This document shows positions 37,040 to 49,135 of a DNA stretch of 64,000 bases, one piece after another. The position numbers were made by a program, and so were the translations under genes. The stretch's first letter is position 1. The number at the start of each line of letters is the position of its first letter. The notes below the pieces were generated by a model. It was not told where the DNA came from and searched no databases. It was given only the letters and a program-made list of their open reading frames with translations. Source of the DNA: Chiloscyllium plagiosum (taxonomy: Eukaryota); contig NC_057718.1 in assembly GCF_004010195.1 (NCBI RefSeq), forward strand, positions 9,286,676 to 9,350,675. The letters run 5' to 3'.

Positions 37040-37700
37040 AACATAATATAGGAGCCGAATAGACCATTCAGTCCCTCAAGCCTGCTATGCCATTTGATAT
37101 AATGATCTCATCTCAGCCTCAACTCCACTTTCCTGCCATTCTCCATTACCTTTAACCCATTACTGATTAAAAATCCTCCTTTTGACTCAATGTTCTTGCA
37201 TCCACCGCACTCTGGGGTAATGAATTCCAGAGATTCACAACCTTTGAGAGAAGCAATTTCACTTCATCTCTATTTTAAATCTATTACCCCTTATCCTGAA
37301 TCTATCACTCCTAGTTCTAGACTGTCCAACATGAGGAAACATCCTTTCCATATCTACTTTGTCAATCCCCATTTAGCTTCTCATATAACCTCAATAGATC
37401 TCCCCTCATTCTGCAAAAATAGAGAAACAGGCCTAAAGTGCTCAATCTCTCTTCAGAAGACAAACTTGCATCTCTGGAATCAATCGAATGAAACTTCTTC
37501 TGAACTGCCTCAAATACAACTACATCCCTCCTCAAGTAAGGAGGACCAAAACTGTAAACAATACTCCTGGTGCAGTTTTACTAATGCCTAGTAAATTACT
37601 GCAACACTTCCCTACTCTTATACTCTATTACTATAACACTAAATGCCAAAATTCCAATTGCCTTCCTTAGTACCTACTGCAACTGCATGCTAATTTGGTT
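37040..37700 (-). mobile_element. CR1 3' fragment nested in a DeuSINE
   Basis: ttccagagattcacaacctttgagagaag, aaggaggaccaaaactgta. Confidence 0.75.
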
Positions 37701-37934
37701 GGGGGGTGTCAAAGATCTCATGACTTTGAAGAAGAAGACAGGCTGAGGTTTCCAGCCTATCCCTCAGTTAACATCACTGAAACAGAAGGTTAGACTATCA
37801 TGATATTGCAGTTCTTGTATGGAGCTTGCTGTGACCAACTAAGCTGATTCATTTCCCACATAACAACACTCCAATCAGTTCTCGGCTGGGAAGAGTATTG
37901 GGAAAGCATGGAAAGATGCAACATAAACCTAAAT

Positions 37935-38460
37935 TTTGTGTGCAATTCTGGTCTCCCTTCTATCGGAAGGATGTTGCGAAACTTGAAAGGATTCGGAAAA
38001 GATTTACAAGGATGTTGCCAGGGTTGGAGGGTTTGAGCTGTGGGGAGAGGCTGGGGCCGTTTTCCCTGGAGCATTGAAGGCTGAGGGGTGACCTTATAGA
38101 GGTTTCTAATATCATAGGGTAAATAGACAATGTCTTTTCCCAGGGATGGGGGAGTCCTTAATCACAGGACATAGGTTTAGGGTGAGAGAGGAAAGATTTA
38201 AAAGTGACCTGAGGGGCCACATTTTCATGCAGAGGGTGGTGCGTGTATAGAATGAGCTGCCAGAGGAAGTGGTGGAAGCTGGTACAATTACAGCATTTAA
38301 AAGGTATCTGGATGGGTGTATGAATAGGAAGGGTTTTAAGGGATATGGGCCAAGTTCTGTAAATGGGGTAGATTAATTTGAATTTGGTCGGCATGGACGA
38401 GTTAGATCAAAGGGCATGTTTCCGTGCTGTACATCTCTGTGACTCTATGACTTCATGACT
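37935..38460 (+). mobile_element. CR1 (HER1-like) 3' fragment
   Basis: tgtgtgcaattctggtctccc...gactctatgact tail. Confidence 0.9.
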
Positions 38461-39303
38461 CATTTCTTGTCTTTTAACAGACTGAAAGTAGCCATTTCGT
38501 CCTCAAGAAGATTGTGGATGGGTTTCAATGGCTTTGGAGTTGTGTCAGTCTGGAATGTTGGGTAAAAGGTTGATGAGTGACTCAGCCTGACCCTTCACAC
38601 ATCACTTGTCCCTTTCTCATTACTGCAATCTAACAGGGTGCTCATCCATTCCCAGAGTCCCATTAGTCCCATTAACGTTGGCACCTCCAATCCAAGCCCA
38701 ACATCACCACCACCGCCCCTCTACCAACAATCGCCTGGCTCTCGCCACTTGTCAATTCGTTCCATTTCTGCTTATGGCATGTTACTGAGCACATCTTAGC
38801 TGTCTAGCACTGTGAAGGAAATGGGAGGATTGTCAAACACTTTGAAAGGAGCCTAAGGGCTCGGAAGGTGATGAGATTTTGTCCAATCATTAAGTGCAAT
38901 ATGCTCAAAATGATTGGGTTGAGAAAGAGTCATAGAGTCAAAGAGATGTATAGCACGGAAACAGACTCTTCTGTCCAACTCATCCATGGCGACCAGATAT
39001 CGTAACCCAACTGAGTCCCATTTGCCAGCACTTGGCCCATACCCCTCTAAACCCTTCCTATTCATATACCCATCCTGATGCCTTTTAAATGCTGTAACTG
39101 TACCAGCCTCCACCACTTCCTCTGGCAGCTCATTCCATACATGCACCACCCTCTGCATGAAAAAGTTGCCCCTTAGGTCCCAACAAGGATGAAGCCAGGG
39201 TTGGAGGGTTTGAGCTATAGGGAGAGGTTGAATTGGCTGGGGCTGTTTTCCCTGGAGTGTTGGAGGCTGGGGACTGCCCTTATAGATGTTTGTAAAATCA
39301 TGA

Positions 39304-39510
39304 TTTGGAGGTGCCGGTGTTGGACTGGGGTGTACAAAGTTAAAAATCGCACAACACCAGGTTATAGTCCAACAGGTTTAATTGGAAGCACATTAGCTTT
39401 CGGAGCGACGCTCACCTGACAATCACCTGATGAAGGAGCGTCGCTCCGAAAGCTAATGTGCTTCCAATTAAACCTGTTGGACTATAATCTGGTGTTGTGT
39501 GATTTTTAAC
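39304..39510. mobile_element. PLE family B hairpin mini-element
   Basis: Arms ~39333-39413 and ~39436-39516 are near-perfect inverted copies. Perfect 15-bp duplication tttgtaaaatcatga (39289-39303 and 39511-39525). Confidence 0.9.
39424..39460 (+). ncRNA. Minimal hammerhead ribozyme, family B
   Basis: cac-CTGATGA-a-ggagc gtc gctcc-GAAA-gc-TA; palindromic AGCT stem III. Confidence 0.8.
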
Positions 39511-40428
39511 TTTGTAAAATCATGAGGGGCTTGGATAGGATAAATAGACAAGGTATTTTCCCTGGGGTGGGGGAGTCCAGAACTAGAGGACATAGGTTTA
39601 GGGTGAGAGGGGGAAGATATAAAAGAGAACTAAAGGGCTAATGCTATAACCTATAACCTTTCAGTTCCATGTCAGGATATCTCATGAACAACATCCTGCT
39701 AATGAATGAAAACAGCGCTCAGGGTCTGGGGCTGTGGGTGATCCTTGAAATGATGTTTGTAGGGATATGTTTCTTCCTGTTTATCACGGTGATCTTTCCT
39801 GTATTGCAACGAGGAAGCAGTGGGCAACATCAAAGAGAGATCATTGCCATTGACAACTGGCTACTATAAAATGTCTGACAGAACAACACAAGCCCTTCAG
39901 AAATGTAGCAAAGGCTGTGCCTCATTTGCATTCAATTCCCTTATTACCTTCGATTCTGTTAATGATTGACAATGGTCTTGTGACCAAAAACCAGACTAAA
40001 GTCCGACTGTACATTGCCTGGCCTCATGAGCTCAAGCTGCCTTCCTGTGACTGACTAATCAATTCTGAATCAGCTGATTTTTTTGGGCTACTGATTAACT
40101 TTGATGTTATATTAGGACATTGATCCAACTGTGCACCCAGAGGCAACAGTTTACTCTCAAAACAGAGAGACAACCAGAGATTAAAAACATGCGCGGGGCT
40201 AATCGCTTTGTTTCCTGCTATATACTTCTCACCCAAATTGCTTCTCTTGCTTTGCCCCCACCCCCTCCACCTTAAAAACAATCTGATGCTAAATTATAGA
40301 TCCATGGGTAATGTGATGAAGATTGGCTCCTGCGATTCCTGCGCTTTGAAAAAGCATTGCTGCTGATGTATATTCTGGGGCAGTGCCAAGATAGGAAAAA
40401 GTGTTTTCGAAATGCAAGGCAAATACAG

Positions 40429-41030
40429 CCATAGAGATGCACAGCATGGAAACCGACCCTTTGGTTCAACTCGTCCTTGCTGATCAGCTATCCTAACCTA
40501 ATCTAGTTCCATTTGCCAGCACTTGACCCATATTCCTCTAAACCATTCCTCTTCATATACCCATACAGATGCCTTTTAAATGTTGTAATTGTACCAGCCT
40601 CCACCACTTCCTCTGGCAGCCCATTCCATACATGCACCACCCTCTGCATGAAAACGCTGCCCCATAGGTCACTTTAAAATCGTTCCCCTCTTCCCCTGAA
40701 CCTATGCCCTCTAGTTTTGGACTCCCACACCCTGGGGAAAAGGCCATGTCTACTTACCCTATAGACACTCATGATTTTATAAACCTCCATAAGGTCACAC
40801 CTAGGCCTCTGACGCTCCAGGGAAAACAGCCCCAGCCTATTCAGCCTCCCCCTATAGCTCAAACCCTCCAGCCCTGGGAACATCCTTGTAAATCTTTTCT
40901 GAATCCTTTCAAGTTTCACAACATCCTTCTTGTAGCAGGGCGATCAGAACTGAACATAGTATTCGAAAAGTGGTCTAACCAATGTCCTGTACAGCTGGAA
41001 CATGATTTGCCAACTCCTATACTCAATGCA
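40429..41030 (-). mobile_element. CR1 (HER1-like) 3' fragment, followed by (CATT)n at ~41034-41060
   Basis: Minus ORF LERIQKRFTRMFPGLEGLSYRGRLNRLGLFSLE. Confidence 0.9.
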
Positions 41031-41353
41031 CTTTCATTCATTCATTCATTCATTCATTCACTCATCCTTTCCTGGTTTGTCTCCACTACCTCAAGTGACT
41101 CAGGCTCAGATGGTATCCAAACGCATTCCCTCAAGGGTGTGTTCCTGCAGTGTGTCTCAAGACCGCTCTACCTCATTGGTTGCTTCATAAGGAGACCTCA
41201 TTCCTTTTACTCCTGCCAGCCAATCAGAACTCTTCTGCATGCCAATGTGACTTGCCCAGTCCAAAACATGGAATCTTCCTCAATCTTATTTTCAGCATCT
41301 CCACCAACCCTTCCAGCCTTCCAATGCTCCATGACAACCTGTTGAGAATTCCT

Positions 41354-41830
41354 GAAGCAAAAAACAGAAATTGCTGGAGAAACTCAGCCAGTCTGGCAGC
41401 ATCTGTGGAATGAGAAACAGTGTTAACATTTAAAGTGCAGGGACAGCTCTGAAGAAGGACTCGAAACATTGTGGAGGAGTCAGTGATGATAATGACGTTG
41501 AATGGCAAATGGCAAGGGTCAGATTCTCACTCGTCTCTTCCCACAGACGGTGCCCAAGTGGGTGAGTTTCTCCAGCAATTTCTGTTTTTGGTTCTGATTA
41601 GCAGCATCTGCAGTTCTTTGATTTATTTTGGTTAGTTTTCCAAGTCCAACAGCCCATCCACCACAATCCTACTGCACTTTCAAGGGACTTACTGTACATT
41701 AAATTTTTAAAAACCGAAAGAACAGCGGATGCTGCTAATCGGAAACAAAAACAGAAATTGCTGGAGAAGCTCAGCAGGTCTGGCAGCAACTGTGGAAAGA
41801 AATCAGTCAATGTTTCAGGTCGAGTGACCC
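41354..41830. mobile_element. Two family-A-related PLE pieces (hairpin 41354-41630; single minus arm 41709-41830)
   Basis: aaaaacagaaattgctggagaaactca / tgagtttctccagcaatttctgttttt inverted arms; CTGAAGA...GAAA at 41449-41466. Confidence 0.75.
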
Positions 41831-42516
41831 ATAATAAACTGTTGATGCGATGGCTCATGCTGCAAAACACCAAGTGATAACCAACTCTGACGAGTGAGAA
41901 TCAGACCCTTACCATTTGCCATTCAACGTCATTATCATCACTGCACCCTCCACTATCAATATCCTGGAGGCTACCATTGACCAGATTCTGACCTGGACTG
42001 GCCATTTGAGTTTTCGGCTACAGGAATAGGCTAGAAGCTGGAAATGCTAAAGTGGAGAATTCACCTCTGGTCTCCCCACTGCCTCTCCACTGTTGTGTTC
42101 GGTCCCCAAGTGCCCAAATTATTAAAATTCTAAATGGAATAACACCCAAATTTTTATCCCCCTGAGAGAGTAAGGATAAATTGACTGTTTTCTTTAATCA
42201 ATCCCTCTCTTGGTTGGTTGCAACAATGTTAATTTGAGCGGGACCCCTTTTCCTTTGTGGACATCTTTTTTTTGTAGCCTCAAAGCCGTTTATGTTTCAA
42301 GAGGAGCCAATTTAACCAGGCTTCCTTGTTAAAGAGTGAGTCGTTTGTTGCTAAAGCCACAAGAAAAGATCATAAAATATGGCACACGCACACACACACA
42401 GACGGATTCGAAATGAGAGAAAAATGCAAAAGGTAAAGGTGAAATAAACGTCGATAATTCGGTGTTTGGCTTCTCTGTAACAGATAGATTGTGAGATAGT
42501 GGAGTCATCTCGAAGG

Positions 42517-42731
42517 TAGTCATGATTTGGAGATGCCGGTGTTGGACTGGGGTGTACAAAGTTTAAAAAAACCCACAACAACAGGTTATAGTCCAACAAG
42601 TTTATTTGGAACACTAGCTTTCGGAGCGCTGCTCCTTCATCAGGTGGTTATGGCAACCACCAGCACTCTGAAAGCTAGTGTTTCCAAATAAACCTGATGG
42701 ACTATAGCCTGGTGCTGTGTGATTTTTAACT
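42517..42731. mobile_element. PLE family B hairpin mini-element
   Basis: Inverted arms; 12-bp duplication tcatctcgaagg (42505-42516 and 42732-42743). Confidence 0.88.
42612..42646 (-). ncRNA. Minimal hammerhead ribozyme, family B (best-preserved copy)
   Basis: Minus strand: cac-CTGATGA-a-ggagc agc gctcc-GAAA-gc-TA-gtg; stem I cac/gtg. Confidence 0.85.
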
Positions 42732-43074
42732 TCATCTCGAAGGGTGATTCTAGAAACACTGACTTTGGTAGCTGAGCTCCTTCATTCTGCCATTACCTGA
42801 AGGGGGTTTGTCCAGTCGCCTTTGACTCGATTTATTTGCAGCAATTAGAGAAAAGATTGATGCCAAGGCAAAACTGCCCACTTGATGGGCACCACAACCA
42901 CCATTATTTACTTTAATGGTAGTGCAGGTTTAATGACAATGGACTAGTTGTCCAATAGTCCTGAATAATGCTGTGGGGGACAAGGGTTGAAAGCCCATAA
43001 CTACAGCCAATGGAATTTAATTTCTTTAAATAAATTTGGAATTAAATGTTAGTCTCTACAATTGCCACCGGTAG

Positions 43075-43440
43075 CTTAATTTATTGTCATCTCAAGTACC
43101 CAAATACAGTGAAAAGTTTTGTTTGAGAGCAGTACACGCAGATCACAGCGAAAAAAAAGGACATGTAGATCATAGGTGTTTAGACAGAGTGAGGCATATA
43201 AGGTTACAGCTGCACAGGAGGTGCACAAAATAAGATCAACATTTTATTTGAAGTTACAGATGTCCGTTCCGCAGTCTAATAGCGGTTCCTGAAACTCTTG
43301 TTGCTTGTGTTCAAATTTCTGTATCTCCTGCCTGACAGGAGAGGTTGGAAGAGAGCATTATTGGGGTGCAAGGTGTCTTTGATGATTTTGGCTTCCTTTC
43401 TGCAACATCGAGAAGTGTAATTGGAGTGTTAATGCTCTTA
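43075..43440 (-). mobile_element. Rex1/Babar 3' fragment
   Basis: Minus strand KIIKDT.HP...LLSGRRYRNL. Related 3' UTR pieces at ~52400-52590 (+) and 57180-57290 (-). Confidence 0.7.
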
Positions 43441-43835
43441 GAGTCATAGAGATGTACAGCATGGAAACAGACCCTTCGGTCCAACCCGTCCATACCGACC
43501 AGATATCCCAACCCAATCTGGTCCCACCTGCCAGCACCCGACCCATATCCCTCCAAACCCTTCCTATTCATATACCCATCCAGATGCCTCTTAAGTGTTG
43601 CAATTGTACCAGCCCCCACTACTTCCTCTGGTAGATCATTCGATACATGTTCCACCCTCGGAGTGAAAAGGTTGCCTCTATATATCTTTTATATCTTTCC
43701 CCTCTCACCCTAAACCTATGCCTTCTGGTTCTGGACTCCCCCACACCAGGGAAAAGACCTTGCCTATCTATTCTATCCATTCCTGTCATGATTTTATAAA
43801 CCTCTATAAGGTCACCCCGCAGTCTCCGATGCTCT
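43440..43835 (-). mobile_element. CR1 (HER1-like) 3' fragment
   Basis: Minus ORF RRLRGDLIEVYKIM...ESRTR.HRFRVRGERY. Confidence 0.9.
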
Positions 43836-43886
43836 TCAGGGAAAGAAATCTGGTATCCTTTCCTGATTGACCTACATGTGACTCCA

Positions 43887-43984
43887 TATGATTTTGCCTG
43901 TCCTCGGATGCTGCCTGAATTGCTGTGCTCTTCCAGCACCACTAATCCAGAATCTGGTTTCCAGCATCTGCAGTCATTGTTTTT
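43887..43984 (+). mobile_element. PLE family A single-arm insertion
   Basis: 17-bp TSD acctacatgtgactcca (43870-43886) / acctacatatgactcca (43985-44001). Confidence 0.85.
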
Positions 43985-45330
43985 ACCTACATATGACTCC
44001 AGGCCTACACAATATGGTTTACTATTAACTGTCCTCTGAATTGGTCAAGCAAGCCACTTATTTGTGACAGTGACTGAAGGATAGAAATGGAATAACTCTA
44101 CACAGATCGCCCAAAGTCAACCTAGGTAATGTACGCTGTTGGTGTACCTACAGCAGATGGTTGGAATGGGTAAAGGGAGCACCTTCAAAAAGGGAATAAG
44201 GGATAAGTAATAAATACTGAGCCTTGCCAGGGATATTCACAGCATATGAAAGAATAAAGGAAGTATTTATTCCCTCCGCCAGCAGTTCTCAGTAACTGCA
44301 ATGTGTACTGTCCACAAGGTGCATCACAGAAATTCAACAAGTGTCCTTCAACAACACCAAATCCATGACGTCCACCACCTAGAAGGACAGGAGTAGCACT
44401 TGCAAGTGAACACCCCTGCAAGGTCCTTCTGAGACTTGGAAGTACGACTCCATTCCTTTAGGGTCGGTAAGTCAAAATCTTGGAACTCCTTCCATTACGA
44501 CACCGTCGATGTGTGGTTTGAAGCTGCTGAAGAAAGTGACTCAATTCTACCTTCTCCAGGGCTGTTAGGGCATGTAACGAATGTTGGCTTAACCAGTGAT
44601 GCGGACATCCGTGCATAAAAACTGAAGAAATACAGATAGATGCACATTCACACGCACGCACTACATACAAAATGAAATGCACACATATAATGATATGGGC
44701 CAGAAATTGTATTATCATTTACTACCTCCAGGGTTTCAGTTCTTTTGACAGGAATGAATATAATTGCCAACAATCCACATTTTCCACACTGAATTAAACC
44801 CAGTTATGATGCATCAGCACAGCAAGACTAAAACACCAATTAAGACAATTATTCAGGGAACAGATCAGACTACAATAACCTGAACTGCCATTTCACACAG
44901 TTTTTTTTTGATGGGCGCCAAATGTTTGCACTATAATTCACATTTCAAGTGAGGTTGCCTGGCCGGTTTGCAAAAATGGAATGACATTACTTGGCAGTCT
45001 ATCGGCAGAACAAAGAAATTGTGTTTGTCTCTCTGCTCCAAGCCCACCCTCTCCATATGTCTCATGGTATAGGCTGAACATACAACAAGAAATTGCATTA
45101 CTATAGCCTTTTCAAATGCAACTACCCCCCCCCCCCCCCCCCCCCCTGTGAGCATCGCCGGTAAGGCCAGCATTTGTTGCACATCCCTTATTACCTTTTG
45201 TTTGGAGGCAGATGTAGGCCAGACCAAGTAAGGACGGCAAATTTCCTTCCCTAAAGGGCATTAGTGAACCCAATCCAGTTTTTACAACAACCAATGACAG
45301 CTCACAGTCACTGCTGCCAATTCCAGATGA

Positions 45331-45933
45331 AGTTAAAAATCACACAAAACCAGGTTATGGTCCAACAGGTTTATTTGGAAGCTCTAGCTTTCGGAGCGTC
45401 GCTCCTTCATCAGGTGGTTGTGAAGGACATAAGACACAGAATTTACAGCATTTTTTGTTCTATAAATTCTGTCTTATGATCCTGTTCCATAACCACTTGA
45501 TGAAGGAGCAGCGCTCCGAAAGCTGGTGCTTTCAAATAAACCTGTTGGACTATAACCTGGTGGTGTGTGATTTTTACCCAGAGAGTGGTGGGGGCATGGA
45601 ATGCGCTGCCTGTGGGAGTGGTAGAGTCAGAATCTTTGGTGACCTTTAAGTGGCAATTGGATAGGTACATGGATGGGTGCTTAAGCTAGGACAAATGTTC
45701 GGCACAACATCGTGGGCCGAAGGGCCTGTTCTGTGCTGTATTGTTCTATGTTCTATAAAGTGAGGACTGCAGATGCTGGAGATCAGAGTTGAAAGTGTGT
45801 GGTGCTGGGAACGCACAGCAGGGCTTCATCTGGGCTCCTGCCTGAAACGTCGATTCTTCTGCTCCTCAGATGCTGCATGACCTGATTTTTAACTTCGTCC
45901 ACCCCAGTCCAACACCACCTTCTCCACATCATG
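45331..45933. mobile_element. PLE family B hairpin with nested CR1 3' end (45577-45756) and family A mini-hairpin (45757-45882)
   Basis: 12-bp TSD aattccagatga (45319-45330 and 45934-45945); inner duplication tgattttta. Confidence 0.85.
45382..45416 (-). ncRNA. Minimal hammerhead ribozyme, family B
   Basis: Minus strand: cac-CTGATGA-a-ggagc gac gctcc-GAAA-gc-TA. The plus-arm partner is mutated (ttgatga; cleavage site TG). Confidence 0.75.
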
Positions 45934-46499
45934 AATTCCAGATGACTAATTGAATTTGAATTCCACCAGTGGATCAATTTGAGCCCAAGTATTAGCCTAG
46001 GACTGTGGTTCAATAAGCAGTGACATTACCATTCCATTGCCATCTCCCCCAGTATTCAAACAGCCTGCTTCTGGGCATAGCAAGCAATGAAATACAGTAC
46101 TCTGTCAAAGTTCCTTAGCTTTTGTTGTCTACGGGACACTCAAACTTGTTTCGGTTAACACAGAGTGAAGGGATTTGGCTGGAGACTGCTTCTTTATGGC
46201 TCCCATGGAGGAGCTTGTGGTAGATCCTCCACTCATCCATACATGGGTACCATAGCTTCAACCTTGTCTCTTGCACTGGACTCCTCCCTCATTAGAGATG
46301 GAGATATTAATGGATTCTCCTCATTAGTTGTTTAATTGTCGAACACCATTCATGGCTGATTGTGGCAGCACTGCAGAGCTCAGACCTGTCCATCACATGC
46401 TGCTTCCACTATTGAGCACACAAGCAATCTAGTTGTGGAGCCACACTAGGTTGGCAAACTATTTTTAGGTATTCTTGATGCAGCTCCCAGCATGTCTTG

Positions 46500-47320
46500 C
46501 TGTTTTTTTGATTCATTCACGGGATTCATTGCTGGTTTGCCCTGTCCCTATTGCCCTTGAGAAGAGGTGCTAAGCTGCCTACTTGAACCGTTGCTGTCCA
46601 CGTGCTGTGGGTTGACCCACAATGCTCTTAGAGGGAATTCCAGGACTTTGGCCCAGCGACAGTGAAGGAACGGTGATATATTTTCCAGACAGGCTGGTGA
46701 GTGGCTTGGAGGAGAACTTGTGTTCCCATGTTTCTGCTGCCCTTGTCCTTCTAGATGGAAGTGTGCATGGGTTTGGAAGGGGTTGTCTTTGGTGAATTTC
46801 TGCAGCCCATCTTGTAGATAGTACACACTACTGCTACTAAGTGTTGGTGATGGAGGGAGTGGATGTTTGTGGATGTGATGCCAATCAAATGGTCTGCTTT
46901 GTACTGGACAGTGTCAATCTTCGTGAGTGTTGGTGGAGCTGTACCCATCTAGACAAGTGGGAGGTATTCCAGCATACTCCTGACCTGTGCCTTGTAGGTG
47001 GGGCACAGGATTCAGGGAATCGGGGGGGGGGGGGGGAGCTCTCACTGCAGTATTACTAGCCTCTGACTTGCTCTTGTGGCCAATTTATTTGCATGACAAA
47101 TCCCTAGTTGAGTTTCTGGTCAATGGTAACATCTCCTTTGCTTGTCTGAATGGGGAAGTAAGGATATACTAAACTATGAGGTTGTAGACTGTGTTAATTC
47201 TAATTCTGCTGCTGCTGATTGTCCTGAATGTCTCATGGATGACCAATTTTGAGCTTTGAGATGTATCTGAACCTATTTCATTTAACTCAGTGGTAATGTC
47301 AACCAAATCAATTGAAGGTC
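46500..47320 (-). mobile_element. Second CR1/L2-group LINE family fragment
   Basis: Minus ORF MGTAPPTLTKIDTVQYKADHLIG; 3' end homologous to 28900-29075. Confidence 0.8.
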
Positions 47321-47377
47321 TCTTTCTATGAAGGTTTGATATCCTTTCTCCAGAAGCGCAGTCAGGTGATCACTTCA

Positions 47378-47980
47378 AGGAGCTGGGAGGTCATGTTGTG
47401 GCTGTACAGGACTTTGGTTAGGCCACTGTTGGAATATTGCGGACAATTCTGGTCTCCTTCCTATCGGAAAGATGTTGTGAAACTTGAAATGGTTCAGAAA
47501 AGATTTACAAGGATGTTGCCAGGGTTGGAGGATTTGAGCCATAGGGAGAGGCTGAACAGGCTGGGGCTGTTTTCCCTGGAGCGTCAGAGATTGAGGGGTG
47601 ACCTTATAGAGGTTTACAAAATCATGAGGGGCATGGATAGGATAAATAAACAAAGTATTTTCCCTGGGGTCGGAGAGTCCAGAACTAGAGGGCATAGGTT
47701 TAGGGTGAGAGGGGAGAGATATAAAAGAAGCCTAAGGGGCAACTTTTTCACACAGAGGATGGTACGCGTTTGGAATGAGCTGCCAGAGGAAGTGGTAGAG
47801 GCTGGTACAATTGCAACATTTAAAAGGCATTTGGATGGGTATATGAATAGGAAGGGTTTGGAGGGATATGGGCCGGGTGCTGGCAGGTGGGACTAGATTG
47901 GGTTGGGATATCTGGTCGGCATGGATGGGTTGGACCGAAGGGTCTGTTTCCATGCAGTACATCTCTATGACTCTATGACT
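47378..47980 (+). mobile_element. Young CR1 (HER1-like) 3' fragment with uninterrupted ORF2 C-terminus
   Basis: ORF 47312-47896 (LYRTLVRPLLEYC.QFWSP...RLRGDLIEVYKIMRG...FFTQRMVRVWNELP); (tctatgac)2 tail. Confidence 0.93.
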
Positions 47981-48754
47981 AATACCACCATGGAGTATTG
48001 CATCTGAAACACCTTCCACAGTGCTGCTCCCTGTGGTCAGTCTGTCCTGCCAGTGGATAGATTGAAGACATTGCTGCTGCTGTGGAGCTTGGTTAGCTCA
48101 GTTGGCTGGATTGCACTACAGAGTGACGCCATCAGTCAAGGTTCAAGCGCCACACTGACTGGATTTTCCATTAAGGTGTTGCCTTCTGAACATTATCCCT
48201 CACCCTCAGGTTAAACCTTTAACCAGCCATCAATCACTAATAAGACAATGGGACAATGGTGACTTTACCTTCACATGATATTCACGATTACATGCTACCA
48301 AGACTCTGTGAAGAAGGGGATAAAGCAGCATTCTAAACCAGGATTCTTTACATAAATATGTAAATGATAGAGTTTTCTGGTGCTCCAGAGAGCTGGATGA
48401 TAGGGGTGGTAGCAGAGTCTTTTGAATATTTCTAAGGCAGTGGTAGACAGATTCTTATGAAACAAGGAGATGAAAGGTCATCAGGTTAGAAGGGATTGTG
48501 GGATTGAGTTTACAATCAGATCAGGCAGAGCAGGCTTGAGGCATTGAGTGCTGTAATCCTTCTTCCTAGTTCATTTGGGTAGAGGCAGAGATGCAGCAGA
48601 CTCAGAATAGACACAGACTAACTAACTAGAGCAGCTCAGGCATATAGAACACAGCCCAACATCCAGATCTCATGATAGGCAGAATCCAGAAGATTCTGAA
48701 CAGAATAGTGGGTGGTCATATCCATGGGAGCAGACGACACTAATTAGATTTTAA

Positions 48755-48950
48755 ATTAGATTCTCTACAGTGTGGAAACAGTCCCTTCTGCCCAACAAGT
48801 CCACACCGGCCCTCTGAAGAGTAACCCATTCCCCTACCCTATATGTACCCCTGACTAACACACCTAACACTGTGGGCAATTTAGCATGGCCAATTCGCCT
48901 GACCTGCACATCTTTCGAATGTGGGAGGAAACCGGGGCACCTAGAGGAAG
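48755..48950 (-). mobile_element. HE1-type V-SINE, 5'-truncated
   Basis: 3' tail and part of the V-domain. Confidence 0.8.
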
Positions 48951-49135
48951 GAACTAATGGTTACACAAAGAAATAGCTTTTTTACACACAAAGTGGTTAG
49001 GATCTAGAATGCACTGTTCAGGGCAGATTTGATCAGGACTTGGAAAGGAATTTGAATGAGAAACTGAGGAGAAAGAAAGAGTGTGGGTTGATAGGGGAGT
49101 GGGACTCAATTGAGTTCCTGTCGTGGAGACAATGG

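Larger units (their letters stand above)
38929..39640. mobile_element. CR1 with 5' inversion (minus 38929-39180, plus 39181-39640)
   Basis: The two halves are consecutive parts of the CR1 consensus in opposite orientation. Confidence 0.8.

Noticed and set aside
40704..41345. 213-aa ORF
   Set aside because: It is an antisense reading of a CR1 plus a (CATT)n microsatellite.
45125..47036. Poly-C (45125-45146) and poly-G (47022-47036) runs as functional G-quadruplexes
   Set aside because: They are simple homopolymer expansions at or within decayed repeats, with no further evidence.
47312..47896. 194-aa ORF as a host gene
   Set aside because: It is the CR1 ORF2 C-terminus of a 5'-truncated copy, with many paralogues in the window.
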